64,000 nucleotides of DNA. It comes from the human T2T-CHM13v2.0 reference genome, Homo sapiens. Each line of letters starts with the position of its first letter. Position 1 is the stretch's first letter. The stretch lies in the NCBI RefSeq assembly GCF_009914755.1, contig NC_060940.1; one strand, 5' to 3'. Made by a program: the position numbers and the translations under genes. The notes under the pieces are model-generated. The model worked only from the letters and a program-made list of their open reading frames with translations. It did not search any database and was not told where the DNA came from. This document shows positions 1-13,617 of the stretch, piece after piece.

Positions 1-99
1 GCTGCTTAGCGGCAAAACCAGGATGTGAATGGAGAGGTCTTTCTCGGATACCAAAGCTATTTAATATTTATCATTGACTAATAATGGTAGAGAAAGTAA

Positions 100-950
100 T
101 CATCATAACCTCTGCCCTTTATTAGTCACTCATGGTGTCACAAGCCCTTTACAAAGCACTTTGCATGCAAATGATTCCTCATAACAACCTTGGGAGGTAG
201 TTACTTTCATTGTATTAGCTATCTCTTGCTGTGTAAGAAATTACCACAAATTTAGTATATTTGTTATCTCATAGCTCCATAGGTTAAAAGTCCTGGTTCA
301 GGCTGGGACTTCTGCTCAGGGTCTCATGAGGCTGAAATCAAAGCGTCAGCCAGGGATGGGGTCTTATCAGAGGCCCTTGGTTATTAACAGAATTCATTTT
401 CTTGTAACTGTAGGACTGAGGTGCTTGTTTTCTTGCTGGCTGTTGACTGAGGGCCCCTTGCAGCCCCTAGAGGCTATTCTCAGGCTCTCAGGCCCTATCC
501 ACAGATGACCTCACAACATGACTGTTGGCTTCTTCAAGACTGAAGGAGGCTCCCCCATGCTCTGAGTCACTCTCTTCAGCGAGGGCCCAGCCCCTTTTAA
601 GGGCCTAGCGATTAGATCAGTCCCACTTAGGATTGAATCCCTTTTGATTAATGCAAAACCAACTGCGTTCAGGCCTCCATGACATCTGCGAAATTCCTCC
701 CCCTTTGCTTGGTAGCCTAACTCACTCAGGGGGGCAAATTATCCCATCATATTCACAGTTGCCGCCCACACTCAAGAGAGGGGATTCTATAGGAAATGGA
801 AGTCTTGGGGGCCATCTTGAATCCTGACTACCATAGTCTGTGAAATCCCCATTTCACAGATGTTGAAACTGAGACTTAGAAGCATTATGCACCATGCCAA
901 AGGCCATGGAAGGACAGAGCTTGGGCATGCTCCCAACACCAGGTCATACT
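100..950 (-). mobile_element. MIR, split by an MLT1 LTR (pieces ~100-207 and ~836-950)
   Basis: 'ataacaaccttgggaggtag' continues after the LTR as 'cccatttcacagatgttgaaactgagacttag', the reverse complement of the MIR core. Confidence 0.65.
212..835 (-). mobile_element. MaLR LTR (MLT1-type)
   Basis: Starts 'tgtattagctatctcttgctgtgtaagaaattaccacaaatttag' and ends 'gggggccatcttgaatcctgactaccata', typical antisense MLT1 ends. Confidence 0.8.
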
Positions 951-1751
951 GATGTCACTCTCCCTACTCCCTTCACTCCCTCCAGCACCTGGCCTTCACC
1001 TGAAGGTGCTGACCTTGCTGTTTGTTGGTTTCAGCAAACAAAGGGAGATCACAGCACCTGTCCCAGGCCTTGTCTTCCAGCCCCACAAACGTGCACCTGC
1101 AGCCGGAGACCAGGGGGCCCCGATCAGGTGGCAGGGCCTTTAATTGGAGCCACGTTTGTATAATGAGCAGCACACACACAAAGGCGAGCTAAAAATGTCT
1201 CCACCCTTCTAAATATGGGATGCCTTGGCCAGGTATTGAGTCAGCTCTGTGACGCCAGTGCAATTATCCCGATTCAGCATCAGATTTATTCACCATTAAA
1301 CATGTTCTAACTTGATTGCAAACAAGCCTTGTATTATTTAGAGGGATCCACGGAGCTGGCAGAGGGGGCAGAGGTGTCCGCAGGCCTCCTGCCCTTCCAG
1401 GCTTAATGGATGATCATCTTCCCTGCTAAAAAGGCCCATTCACTAGGTGAGTGATGTGGAACTGTTTAATGAAAGCAGGAAGATGATGTGAATGCCAGTT
1501 CACTTGAGTGTTACAAACGGTTTGGGCACTATAGCCTTAAAGTTTCTCCTGCTCTTTGCAGATGAATGAAGGGGCGCTTTCTGGAATCTTTGTGGCTGGG
1601 GCTGCTGCTCTGCACTGCTGTGGCTCTTTTTCACAAATGCTTATGGAGCTCTAACTGGGGGCAAGGAACTGTGCTACGGTTGGGAAGAGAGGAGTGGGCA
1701 AAAGGAGACACTGGGGCTTCTGTGACTTTAGAGGCCCATCATCAAATTTTC

Positions 1752-2027
1752 TTTTTTTTTTTTAGATGGACTTTCGCTGTGTCACCTAGGCTGGAGTGTA
1801 GTGGTGCGATCTCGGCTCACAGTAACCTCTGCCTCCTGGGTTCAAGCGATTCTCCTGCCTCAGCCCATAGGCACATGCCACCACACCTGACTAATGTTTG
1901 TATTTTTGGTAAAGACAAGGTTTCCCCATGTTGGCCAGCCTTGTCTTGAACTCCTGACCTCAGGTGATCCACCCACCTCAGCTTCCCAAAGTGCTGGGAT
2001 TACAGGTGTGAGCCACCGCTCCTGGCA
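1752..2027 (-). mobile_element. Alu (AluS-like), small internal deletion
   Basis: Antisense Alu dimer with poly-T; TSD catcaaattttc on both sides. Confidence 0.95.
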
Positions 2028-2479
2028 CCCATCAAATTTTCAAAGGAAGAAATGGAATGGTGCAACCATGGTACATGGGAAGGAGGAGGGGGACACACAA
2101 GACTGTACCTATCATGGGGGCTTCGACCTCATGTGGGAAGGTGGTTGGAGAGAGTGAGTCCTGACCTGAGCTTTGGAACTTATCAAGTTGAGAGAGAAAT
2201 TTGATAATTTGTCTATTAACGTGTGACCTTGGGCAAGTCATTGACCTTCTCTGAACCTCAGTATCCTAGGACTTCAGAAGCGAAAGGAAGAATAATGGGT
2301 CTTGAGTATGCCTAGAATTGAGCAAGCTGCTATCCTTGCAAAGGCCTTGGCCAGCTGCTCACCCACCATGTCCCTCTGTTCCCACTCCACCTTACTCATG
2401 CCTAGACTTCTTGCTTTTTAAAAATAATCCACCCATGAAACAAGTGTTTATTTACAAGGCTGGCTTCCCCAGGAGGCTT

Positions 2480-3290
2480 TCACAAATGCTTATCGAGCAT
2501 CTGCTGTGTGCCAGACAAGAGTGAGGAGCTGGGGACTCAGAGAGGAGCAGACGAGGGGGACACTCACATTAGAGAGTGGCGTGTGCTGAGGGAAGGTGCC
2601 TCAGGCGACAGATGGGACCAGGGCCTTTAACTCAGTGGCAGCTTCAGAGACAGATCTGGAACCCCAGGACTCAAAGGACCTATGTTTGCTAATCAAGTGA
2701 ACACGGAGGACCTGCCACTGGGCAGGGCATCCCCGACCAATCCACAGGTGATGGCGGGACAGCTCCAGGCCCTGGGGATCCCCCAGGGAATAAGCCAGAT
2801 TAAAGCCCCTGCCCTGTGAGGTGTGGCAAAGAAACAGACAATTCATGAAATAAATATATGATAAATAACATATGAGAAGGCAGGGAGTGGTATGAAACAA
2901 ATCAGGGAAGGAGGAGACGGAGAAGTTGGAGAAGACAGTGGATTGTTTCTCTGGGTGGTCAAGGAAGGCTTCCAGGCAGAGGAGGTTTGGCCATGGGTAC
3001 CAAGGGGTAGAGATGGGAACCTTCCAGGGACATGGACCCGATGCTGCCAGCAGAGGGGAAACCATGGCCCTAAGGGCAGAGCACACTGGGGCGGGGGTGG
3101 GGGTTCAGTGACAGTCTGGTGGCCTGTGTGGTGAGGAGTGCGGGAGATGGGAACAGAGAGCGAGAGGGCAGACGGGGTCATGTTGTGTGGGACCTCGGAG
3201 GTCCTGCCATGGCTTTGGTTTCTACTTGGAGAGAAATAGGGAGGTTTGGGCAGGCTCTGAGTAGAGGAGTAGCACGATCTGGCTTACGAT
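2480..3290 (-). mobile_element. L2 fragments
   Basis: 'caaatgcttatcgagcatctgctgtgtgccag', 'aaggcttccaggcagaggagg' and 'gagtagaggagtagcacgatctgg' resemble the antisense L2 3' region. Confidence 0.6.
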
Positions 3291-3411
3291 GATTTCTAAC
3301 ATCTCACCATCTTTACTTCTGTATATAAATATATGATAAGTATACCTTTATATATGTGACATGTATCTTTACATATGATATGTATGGTTACATATCTACT
3401 CACTCACACAT

Positions 3412-3412
<1 letters not shown>

Positions 3413-3449
<37 letters not shown>
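3413..3449. repeat. (CA)n microsatellite
   Basis: About 18 CA units. Confidence 0.97.
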
Positions 3450-3451
<2 letters not shown>

Positions 3452-3715
3452 TTTTGGAACCATTGAAAAGTTGCAGACATCATCACGGCTCACCCTGAAA
3501 TTCCTTAGCAGGCATCTTCTGAGAATAAGGACATTCTTCTATGCAACCATTTCACATCCACACTAAGAAAATTAACACTATTACGTAGTATTATCTAATA
3601 TGCCCTCTACATTCAAATTTTCATGTCTCCAATCCTGCCCCCTTTGGAACTTCTGTTGGTGTTCGATCTGGAATCTGAGAATTCCCTTGCATTTGGTTTT
3701 CATCCCCCATAGTCT
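3450..3715 (-). mobile_element. Old L1M 3' end fragment
   Basis: 'aagttgcagacatcatc...aagaataaggacattcttctatgcaacca' resembles antisense L1M 3' UTR. Confidence 0.55.
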
Positions 3716-3719
3716 TCCT

Positions 3720-3735
3720 TTTTTTATTTTTTATT

Positions 3736-3774
<39 letters not shown>

Positions 3775-4063
3775 TTTTTTGAGACAGGGTCTTAATCTGT
3801 CCCCCAGGCTGGAGTGCAGTGACATGGTGATGGCTCACCACAGCCTCAGCCTCCCTGGGCTCAGTCGATCCTCCCACTTCAGCCTCCCAAGTAACTGGGA
3901 CTACTGTCATGTGCCACCATAGCCAGCTATTTTTTTTGCATTTTTTAGAGATGAGTTTTTGCCGTGTTGCCGAGGCTGGTCTCAAACTCCTGGGCTCAAG
4001 CTATTCACCTGCTTTGGCCTCCCAAAGTGCTGGGATTACAGGCATGAGCCACCATGCCCGGCC
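3720..4063 (-). mobile_element. Alu (AluJ-like) with (TTTA)n tail
   Basis: Antisense Alu dimer with J-type 'gggctcaag' motifs. Confidence 0.95.
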
Positions 4064-4096
4064 CCCTTTTTTAAAAAACAAAAAAACAAAAAACTC

Positions 4097-4224
4097 TTTT
4101 GTGTTTTAGAAATGGGGTCTCACTATGTTCTTCAGGCTAGTCTTGAACTCATGGCCTCCAGTGATCCTCCCGCCTCAGCCTCCTGAGTCACTGGAATTTC
4201 AGGCATGAGCCACTGTGCCTGGCC
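4097..4224 (-). mobile_element. Alu monomer (FLAM-like / left arm)
   Basis: Single ~125-bp antisense arm ending 'ccactgtgcctggcc'. Confidence 0.85.
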
Positions 4225-4387
4225 TCTGTCAACTTCCTTATCTAGAACTATCTTTTTCCTCTATTGTTTTGTCCCTCACTTCTGAATAGTTCAGGGATCC
4301 CTCTGGCTACTGTGTTGAGAATAAAGTGTCAAAGCCAACAGTGGAAGCGTGGACACTGGGTAGGAGGCTTTTGCAGTGCTCTCGGCC

Positions 4388-4890
4388 CGCGCTGTCCAAT
4401 AGAACTTTCTGCAGTGATGGATGTCTTCTATCTCTGCCCTGTCCAGTATAAAAGCCACAAGCCACATCTGGCTGTGTGGCACTTGGCATGCAACTAGTAT
4501 GACATCTTAATTTTTCTTTTTGAGATGGAGCCTCGCTCTGTCACCTAGGCTAGAGTGCAGTGGTGCAATCTCGACTCACTGCAACCTACACTTCCTGGAT
4601 TCAAGTAATTCTCCTACCTCAGCCTCCCGAGTAGCTGAGATTACAGGTGTCTGCCACCACGCCCAGCTAATTTTTGCATTTTTAGTAGAGATGGGGTTTC
4701 ACCACATTGGCCAGGCTGGTCTCGAACTCCTGACCTCAAAAGTGATTTGCCCACCTTAGCCTCCTAAAGTACTGGGATTACAGACAAGAGCCACTGCGCA
4801 GACGGACATATGAATTTTTAATTTGATATCATTGTGATCAATTTGAAGATCCACATATGGCTGAGGGCTACTCTAATGAGTGGTGCAGCT
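4388..4890. mobile_element. MER3 (hAT-Charlie) interrupted by an Alu
   Basis: 'cgctgtccaatagaactttctgcagtgatgg...agccacatctggct' resumes after the Alu as 'tgaatttttaatttg...ccacatatggct'. Confidence 0.8.
4511..4805 (-). mobile_element. Alu (AluS-like)
   Basis: Full antisense dimer; degenerate TSD acatcttaatttt / acatatgaatttt. Confidence 0.95.
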
Positions 4891-5180
4891 CCAAGGCAGA
4901 GAGATGGCTGTGATTAACCAATGAATGAGGGAACAAATATCCAGGCAGAATGAATAGTCTATGGAAAGGGCTGGAAGTTCCACAAAGCAGGACGTATACG
5001 TGCCCTTTTTTCCTCCCCTGGTGGCCAGCCAGCCCCTGAAACACAGCAGGTATTCGGTGCAGCCTTCTGTTTTCTTCCAGATCCTTTGACTCCTGCCCCA
5101 CCAACATGGCCCGTGGCAGACTGGGCTGCTGTTTGTAAGCCTGGCTGAAGAAAGGCATCACAAAGAAAATGCCACCAGCA

Positions 5181-5349
5181 GGCTGGGTGTGGTGGCTCAT
5201 GCCTGTATTCGCAGCCCTTTGGGAGGCCGAGGCGGGTGGATCGCCTGAGGTCAGGAAGAACCTGGGAGATTGGAGGTTGCAGTGAGCTGAGATCGTGCCA
5301 CTGCATGTCAGCCTGAGCAACAGAGCAAGACTCCGTTTCACAAAAAAAG
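5181..5349 (+). mobile_element. Alu with large internal deletion
   Basis: Left-arm start joined to right-arm end at 'gaggtcaggaagaacctgggag'; degenerate TSD aaatgccaccag / aaatgctaccag. Confidence 0.9.
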
Positions 5350-6139
5350 GAAATGCTACCAGTGAGCAGGAAGTTGGTGGTCCTCCAGAATTGCCCTGTT
5401 GAGGGTATCTCCCTGCCCTGGTCTGAAAGCTGCCACTTGCCGCCCACCGCACAGCCCCAGGGCTTTAGCTCACTGTGCAGGAAGAGGCCTTCCTCTGTGC
5501 ATCCTCCCACAGGGTCGAGAGTGAATGCCTTGCCTTTAAAAATAAAATGCATACGCCTGTCCTCATGCGCTCTGATCTGCCAGCAGGCTGTGCTGGGGAG
5601 TGGTGAGTAGTACAGGGATGTGTCTGACCCCAGGAGAACTGCCCCGATCCCTATCTTGTCTCTGCTCAGTTCTGATAACTCTTTTATCTTCCCTGGAGTT
5701 ATTTTTTTCCCTTCTTTCTTTCTCTTTTTCTGTGTGCTCTTCTAAGAGTAAAACGCATGTCCCCCCATGAAGTCACTCAAAGCTCAGGCGTGTGCAACAG
5801 GGACAGCAAAAGCACACACAATGATGGCCAGAGACACTGCTCAGTGTACTGTCTTCCACCGGGACAGCCCACTCACCAAGGGTTAGGTCCTGTGCTGACT
5901 GGGTCCCGGGTCTCCTCGGAGGTCGGTTTGCATCACGTGGATACACTAATCTACCCAAGTTGACTTGGAGAACCAATCTGAAATCAGATGGGAGCTCCCG
6001 GAAGCAAAGCAATTGCAGGTTCATTTGTTACTTTTATTGTCTCATTTCTTCTTATTTTTTTAGCCCAATTGCCTCCTACATGGGGAAGGTTGGGGTCCTC
6101 TTTATTCTACTTTTCATTCTCGCTCTGCCGCCCTCCCAG

Positions 6140-6240
6140 GTGTTTGTAATCACATATTTTTCATTTGGTTTCCGGGTCCAGCGACAAGAACACCAGAAAC
6201 ACCTCCTCCCCAGAGAGGAAGAGAGGATGCTCCGCCGCCT
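6140..6240 (+). other. Candidate internal exon (probably non-coding)
   Basis: Long pyrimidine tract plus CAG acceptor at 6138-6139 and GTAAGG donor at 6241; no transcript evidence available. Confidence 0.25.
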
Positions 6241-7599
6241 GTAAGGATTTTTTGCTCTCCTCCTTTTGTCAGTTGGCATGCGATATGCTTCTCAGGCAGT
6301 AATTTAGAGACTGTCAATTCCTGAGAGCCGCTGGGGAACTGAGCAATCGCCTGCATTTCGTCGCTTTAGCCCGAGCTGGGTCTTTGAGCTGGCAGAGACC
6401 AAGATCTTTTTCTGGGAAGGGATGGTCCTATTTAAGGAAGGCCCTGGATTTTGTCAAGTTTGAAAGGTTTTCAACATCTTCCCGAGATGGTGGTCATGGG
6501 AGTAGTGGTTAGGGTGGTTATGACGCATGGGACGGGAGAATACCATGCCCACCCGGTGATTTATACCAAAAGATGCTTTCCTGGGGTGGTTCTGCTGGCA
6601 GTCGGGCAGTGACATGTTATTAATGTTTTCCTGTTTTCTATTGTCCCCGAATGGAAAAACACTGTGGAACCTTTAAATTTTCTCAAGCTGTCTATGTTTT
6701 CCTGGATCGTCCCTCAATTTTCCGTGGTATGAAAAATGTAAATGTTGCTACATTCAGTTCAGGGAAATCCAGCCGTTGCTCCAGATCCTTCTAAGATTTT
6801 TCAATTCCAGAGATGTTTTCACCTGGAAGATTCCCCAGATTTGGCAAAAACAACCCAACTCCTAGCCACTGCTTTTTGAGCAGCTACTCAGTGCCTTAGA
6901 CTTTGAATAGTTTATTAATCATGTGTCACTGCAGCAAAGGGGACATTTCGGCCCTGATTTCAGAGATGAAAGAACCAAGGCATAGAAATTGAGTCACTTT
7001 CTGGAGTGTACACAACTAGTAAGTGGATTCGAGTTAGTTTTGCTCTATTCCAAGGCTACTTACTATGCTATTTTTGTTTTCCTACTTTTGTTCAACTTAT
7101 ATTTATCTGATTATCTGATTCTCTTTTACAAGCACTTAGTGAGCATCAGCTGTTTCAATGAGCATTTATTTACTGATACCTGTGGTGGCACCCAGGAAGG
7201 ACTAGGAATGCTCTGTGATATGTAGGAGAAGGATGTATCCACTGGGCAAAGGTACCTGCGAGGGATCAAAGATGGAAAGGCAGAAATCCAAGGACTACGT
7301 GTGACATGAAAGGGGCCTTTCTCCTGCTGTCATCCTGAACCTCTGTCTTTCAAATTTGGATGTGTCGGGGGCCACAGGACACTACTGTGCATTTGCCTGT
7401 GATTTGCCATTGGGTTGGAGTACTTCTCCTGAGTTTCTGCAGTGTTCTAGGTATGGTCTTAGGCCCTGGAGAAAGACAGTGTAGGAAACACAGAAGGTGC
7501 CTGATTTCCTGGGCCTAGCTAAGGGGAAAAAGCGAGACAATGGGGTCAGATGAAGCTCAGCTGAACAGATGAAGTTGAGATGAACAGAATTCCAGTGCC

Positions 7600-7760
7600 A
7601 CCATGATTTCCAGCCGTGTGACCTTCCACATGCTTTTCGATTTTTCTTGAACTCACTTTTCCTTTGTTTGCAAAATAGTAACAATATTTTCCTTCCAAGT
7701 GATGGTGAGGATTTAAGAGTTAACCTGAGTGTCTGCTGCATAGTAGGTGCTCAATAAACT
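7600..7760 (+). mobile_element. MIR
   Basis: 'gtgtgacctt...tttcctttgtttgcaaaatag...gtgaggatttaa...catagtaggtgctcaataaa'. Confidence 0.65.
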
Positions 7761-8029
7761 ATAACCTCTTTATTTCTTTTCCTTCCAATGAGAAGTCACT
7801 TCCTGGAGGGAAGCCACCTCCAGGAACAGTCCTGGTTCAACTCATGAGGAGGGTCACTGGTTGGGTTCCATATTCATATCTGCAACCAGAGTTGGAAGCA
7901 CACCACTGTGGGATTAGTCATGTCCCTAGTCCCTGTCTCCGTATATTTTCTCCTTCTCTTATTAGTTTATCTTTTCCAAAATGGGCTGTTTCGTCTCTGA
8001 TCCTGATTTATTTTTGTTTTAATTAAATA

Positions 8030-8311
<282 letters not shown>

Positions 8312-8565
8312 TGATCCTGACTTAGTTACGGTTACCTCTCTTTGTATCTCTATATGTTCTCAAATTCCAACCTGTCTTTGTAATCCTCTATTTAAGCTAT
8401 CGATTACCTCCAAAAGGCCCTGAATGTTTCAGAAAGAAAGGATCTACTGGCAGCTTCTGAAGGCTTCTGTAATACCTTGTACCCCAATGAGTACAATGAA
8501 ATCATTAGGGGTTCTTTCCTCTCCTTTGGAATGAAACTGCTGCTTAACTTTTCTCCCACTGATGA

Positions 8566-8986
<421 letters not shown>

Positions 8987-9175
8987 AGGAACTCCTGTTT
9001 CTGTTTTTATCCTCTTCCCAAGTCTGCAGGCCCCGCCTGGCCCACCCAGTCCTTCTTAGAAGATGATGACCTCAACTACTGCTTTTTAAAGAAGACTGAC
9101 GTCGTGTTAACTGAGTTTCGATAACGCCCCTCTGTGTATTTTCTCATCGTCTTATTATGTTTTCCAAAATAGGAC

Positions 9176-9262
9176 CTGGGGTCGAACTCCTGACCTCAGG
9201 TGATCCGACCACCTCGACCTCGAGAAGTGCTGGCATTATGGATGTGAGCCACTGCCCCTGCC
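9176..9262 (-). mobile_element. Alu 5' fragment only
   Basis: 'gaactcctgacctcaggtgatcc...gtgagccactgc' with no rest of element and no poly-A. Confidence 0.85.
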
Positions 9263-9412
9263 CTAGATGGTATCACCTTCAAAGCTTAATTAGGAAGAAT
9301 AATATGAGCACTGAGTGTAACTCCAGGTCGGGTATATTATGTCCCTCTGTGTTCTCTAGCTAGTTATCTATCCATCCATCTCTTGCCTTGTCCACAGAAG
9401 TTACAGGTAGGC

Positions 9413-9738
<326 letters not shown>

Positions 9739-9754
9739 TTACAGGTAGGCTAGA

Positions 9755-10155
9755 GCACGGATGAGCAAACTGTTTTTATAAAGGACCAGAGAGTATATAT
9801 TTCAGGCTTTGCAGGCCCTATGACGTCTGTCACAATTCACTTCTGCCTTTCTACTGCAAAAACAGCCATGGACAATTCATAAATTAATGTGCATGGCCGT
9901 GTTCTGATAAAAGTTTATTTATAGACACTGAAATTTGAATTCCATATGTCATGAAATTATATTTTTTTGATTTTTTTTTTCATAAAACCAGTCTAAAAAA
10001 GCCATGGGTTATTTTGTCATGGCACGTTTTGATATGAATATTTCCACCCCCATTATTTGCATAACAAATTACAGATTATCCAGAACAGGTGGGCTGTACA
10101 TAAACAGGCTGGTGGGCTGGATTTGTCCTGTGGACTGTAGTTTGCTGACATCCAG
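9755..10155. mobile_element. MER58B-like hAT transposon
   Basis: 'gcaaactgtttttataaaggaccagagagtatatatttcaggctttgcaggcc' through 'ggatttgtcctgtggactgtagtttgctgac'. Confidence 0.75.
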
Positions 10156-11131
10156 GCTAGATCCTTAATATACAATGAAGTAGTAAAACACATGTAAAAG
10201 TAAAAAGCAGGCAAAATAGAATAAAATACACATTTGCACACCACAGTATCCAAAAAGGTTATGTACTGGGGCTAAAGATTTGGCTTGGAGTTTCCTGGTA
10301 GTCAAGGCAAAAAAGGGAAACAAAACTAGTTACAGAGTTTCTCGGACCTATGAGCAAAAGGATGTCCATTTCTAATCGGAGGCAGAGGTATCATGGCCTT
10401 CAAGAATCTTCCGGTTAAACACGGTACTGAAATTTGATTTTATTGTCTATCGTTGAGTCCCTAGTTATTTTGCCTTTACCAAGGCTAGTTGCAGAGTATT
10501 TGTTCTAGTATGTAAAATCAGCAATCAGCCATTTTCTGGTCATTGTAATGGTGTAAATTATATCTGACAGTTGTTAATTAAATACCTACTCATGCTTTGG
10601 AGCCAAAGCCAAATAGTGCTCTGTAAACATTATGATTTGTCAGTAATCAATGTGATTTGTATAATTTGTGAGCAATCAGATACTTTATCCAAAAGCGGAT
10701 TATTGACCTCTGTGCCCATCTTGGGAGAAATTGCCACTTGGTCTGTGTCTACACAGACCCAAGAGGAGAAGGGATTTGACAATGGTCTGATTAATTGAAT
10801 CAGTGGTTTGGGGGAGTGGGCTGTCTGTATTGATCCAATTAAATAGATAATTGTCAGAATCGAGGTCATGTCTATAAGACACCACCATTTCAAAGCCAAA
10901 GAGATTGTTTCAAACATATCATGCTCACCCCAATCAATGTGGGCCGCCTCCTCCACATGAAATCAACCAGAAAGTGATTGATTCTGCAGAGCCATAAACC
11001 AGGGTCTTTCCTATTTTCGGCAAGTGGTTCTGTGCTAAATACAGTGCTTTGAAATTTTTGTTCCCCATAGACCCAAGGATGATGATTCATTATGCAAATA
11101 ATGGGGATAGAAATATACAAATTGAATGTTA

Positions 11132-11465
<334 letters not shown>

Positions 11466-11489
11466 GTTGGAATGACATCAGACTCAAAA

Positions 11490-11827
11490 TGTGTCACTTC
11501 GCAGTGGGGATGCAATTCTGAGAAATGCATGGTTAGGTGGTTTCATCATTGTGGAACATCATGGAGTGCACGTACACAAACCTAGATGGTGCCGTCTACT
11601 ACACACACACTTAGGCTGTATGGTCTAGCCTCTTGGTCTTAGCCTACAAAGCTATGCAACGTGTGATTGGGCTGCGTACTGTAGGCAGTTGTAACAGTGG
11701 TATGTGTATATCTCAACATATCTAAACATAGAAATAGTACAGTAAAAATATGATATTATAATCTTTGGGACCGCCATCATATATGTAGTCTGTCATTGAC
11801 TGAAAGTTGTCATGTAGCCCATGACTG
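11490..11827. mobile_element. Tigger3a/MER7-like TcMar transposon
   Basis: 'ttctgagaaatgcatggttagg...acacaaacctagatgg...ataatctttgggaccgccatcatat...catgactg'. Confidence 0.8.
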
Positions 11828-12619
11828 TCGTCTCTTTTAGGGGAAAAAACAAAAGCAGAAAGCAAGCAAGCTGGTATCCTGCGTATCTGTGAGCTCAGGA
11901 AGCAGCTGCATGTGCATACTGGATAAGCAAGGGAGACTCCAACCCCGGGCTCTCTAAGGGTGTAATTGTTGCAGGCACACTGAGGGGCAGACCTCTGGGT
12001 CTTGGTTAGTGGTCCAGAGAGGGAAGAGAGCAAAGGTAGAAGGCTTGAGTTTAATTTCTGCATCAGACTCAAAACCCAGCTAATCTTTTCTAGCTGGTCA
12101 TTTCAACCTAGCTGGTGATTTCAGGCTAGTTAAGCAACCCCTCGGATCCTCAATGTTCTTTTCCCTCTAATGGGGGTAAATATACTTAATTCACTGGGTG
12201 ACTGCATCCATACCAAGCACACAGCCGTGATCAGTTAGCCTCTCACTTCTCTACTAATCCCCACTGTGGGGAAGAGCTCATCACTAACATGCCTTATCTG
12301 ACATGTGGCAATAACTTCTGCCTTTCTTATGTCATCTGCATGGTTGCAGTGGATAGTCACTGGACAATTGATGAACACCTACTACATGCTAAATCTCTCC
12401 CTGGGGAGAGTGCTTGTCTTTGAAACAGTCAAAGGAGGAAGGAAGAAAAGAGAGGCAGAACAATTATAATAAAGCAACTTAACCCATTGAGAGACATAAG
12501 GATGCTGCAAGGCGCAGTGCTGGATGGAGAGGACAGTGCCTGGGGCAGTCATGGAAGACTTCTTAGGGAGGTGACTTTTTAAGGGGTTTTGTGATCAAAA
12601 CTATGGAGTCTTAAGTCCA

Positions 12620-12850
12620 ACCAGTGGTTATGAATTCCGGCTCTGCCACTTGCTATAATAGCTGTATCACCATGAGCGATAACTTAACCTCTTTGTGCCT
12701 CAGTTTCTTCATATATAAAATGGGGATCATGATAGTCTCTGTCCCAGGGGAGTTAGGAGGATTAAATGCAACAGTAATCCAACCACAGTATGAAAAGACA
12801 GGCTAGCACATACAACACAATCTATAAATGTTTGCTATTATTGTCATCCT
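12620..12850 (+). mobile_element. MIR
   Basis: Core 'acttaacctctttgtgcctcagtttcttcatatataaaatgggg'. Confidence 0.85.
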
Positions 12851-13617
12851 TTTTATTAGTATATCATGGTACAAGTTTGCTGGGTAGAAAGATGGCGATG
12901 GGGAAGGGGACATTTCAGGCCAATGTGATAATAAAATCAACAGACAAAAGAAGGGAGAGTGTGGTGAGTAGGATAAAGCTCTGTACAGATGCAAGGGGAA
13001 GGGTGTTGATGTCAACACGCATGCAGCTTCCCACACGTCGTGTGGATTCTTTTCTGTGCTCTCCATTACGGAATCTCCCTGAAAATAAGTGGTCACTTTG
13101 AGGTTTGATGGTTTAATTCTACCACAAAAGTATAAAAAGCAGGCAGCCTGCTGTTTATAGATTTTTTTTTAAGTGAGGGAGTATGTTAATGAGCTTAGAT
13201 TGTCAGGGAGCTAAGGGGATTCTTGACATCAAATTGTGGGTAGCTAAATAGGTCACCCCAAGTTATTCAGCATGGGTGGAAGACCAAGAGGATACACAAG
13301 CTTCAAAAAGTTTTCAGGGAGAGCAAGAGATGTTCATTTACCTCATTCAAAATGGAATCTTTAATGCTAGTCCAGTGCTTGGCCAGTACAAGGCCATTAT
13401 ATATTTGTTGAATGAATGAATTCGTGAATATGTTTATAAAGACAAGGAAACGCCATTCTGCAAATCTACGTGCAGTAAAATAGTTTTTCAGTCACTTTGC
13501 CTTCATTTGTTTGACATTCTTGGAATATTTGGGCTCTACAAGGTGCTAGGGTAAGGCACGCAGGATGCAAGATTAGCGAGATATTGTCTCTACTCTCAAG
13601 AAACTCGCTTTCTTTGG

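Noticed and set aside
4868-5552. Overlapping 194-aa and 197-aa ORFs
   Set aside because: Both read through an antisense Alu and give typical Alu-derived peptide.
11476-12074. 14-bp direct repeat catcagactcaaaa (11476-11489 and 12061-12074)
   Set aside because: It sits at the damaged Tigger end, but a 14-mer match within 1 kb is plausible by chance somewhere in 64 kb.
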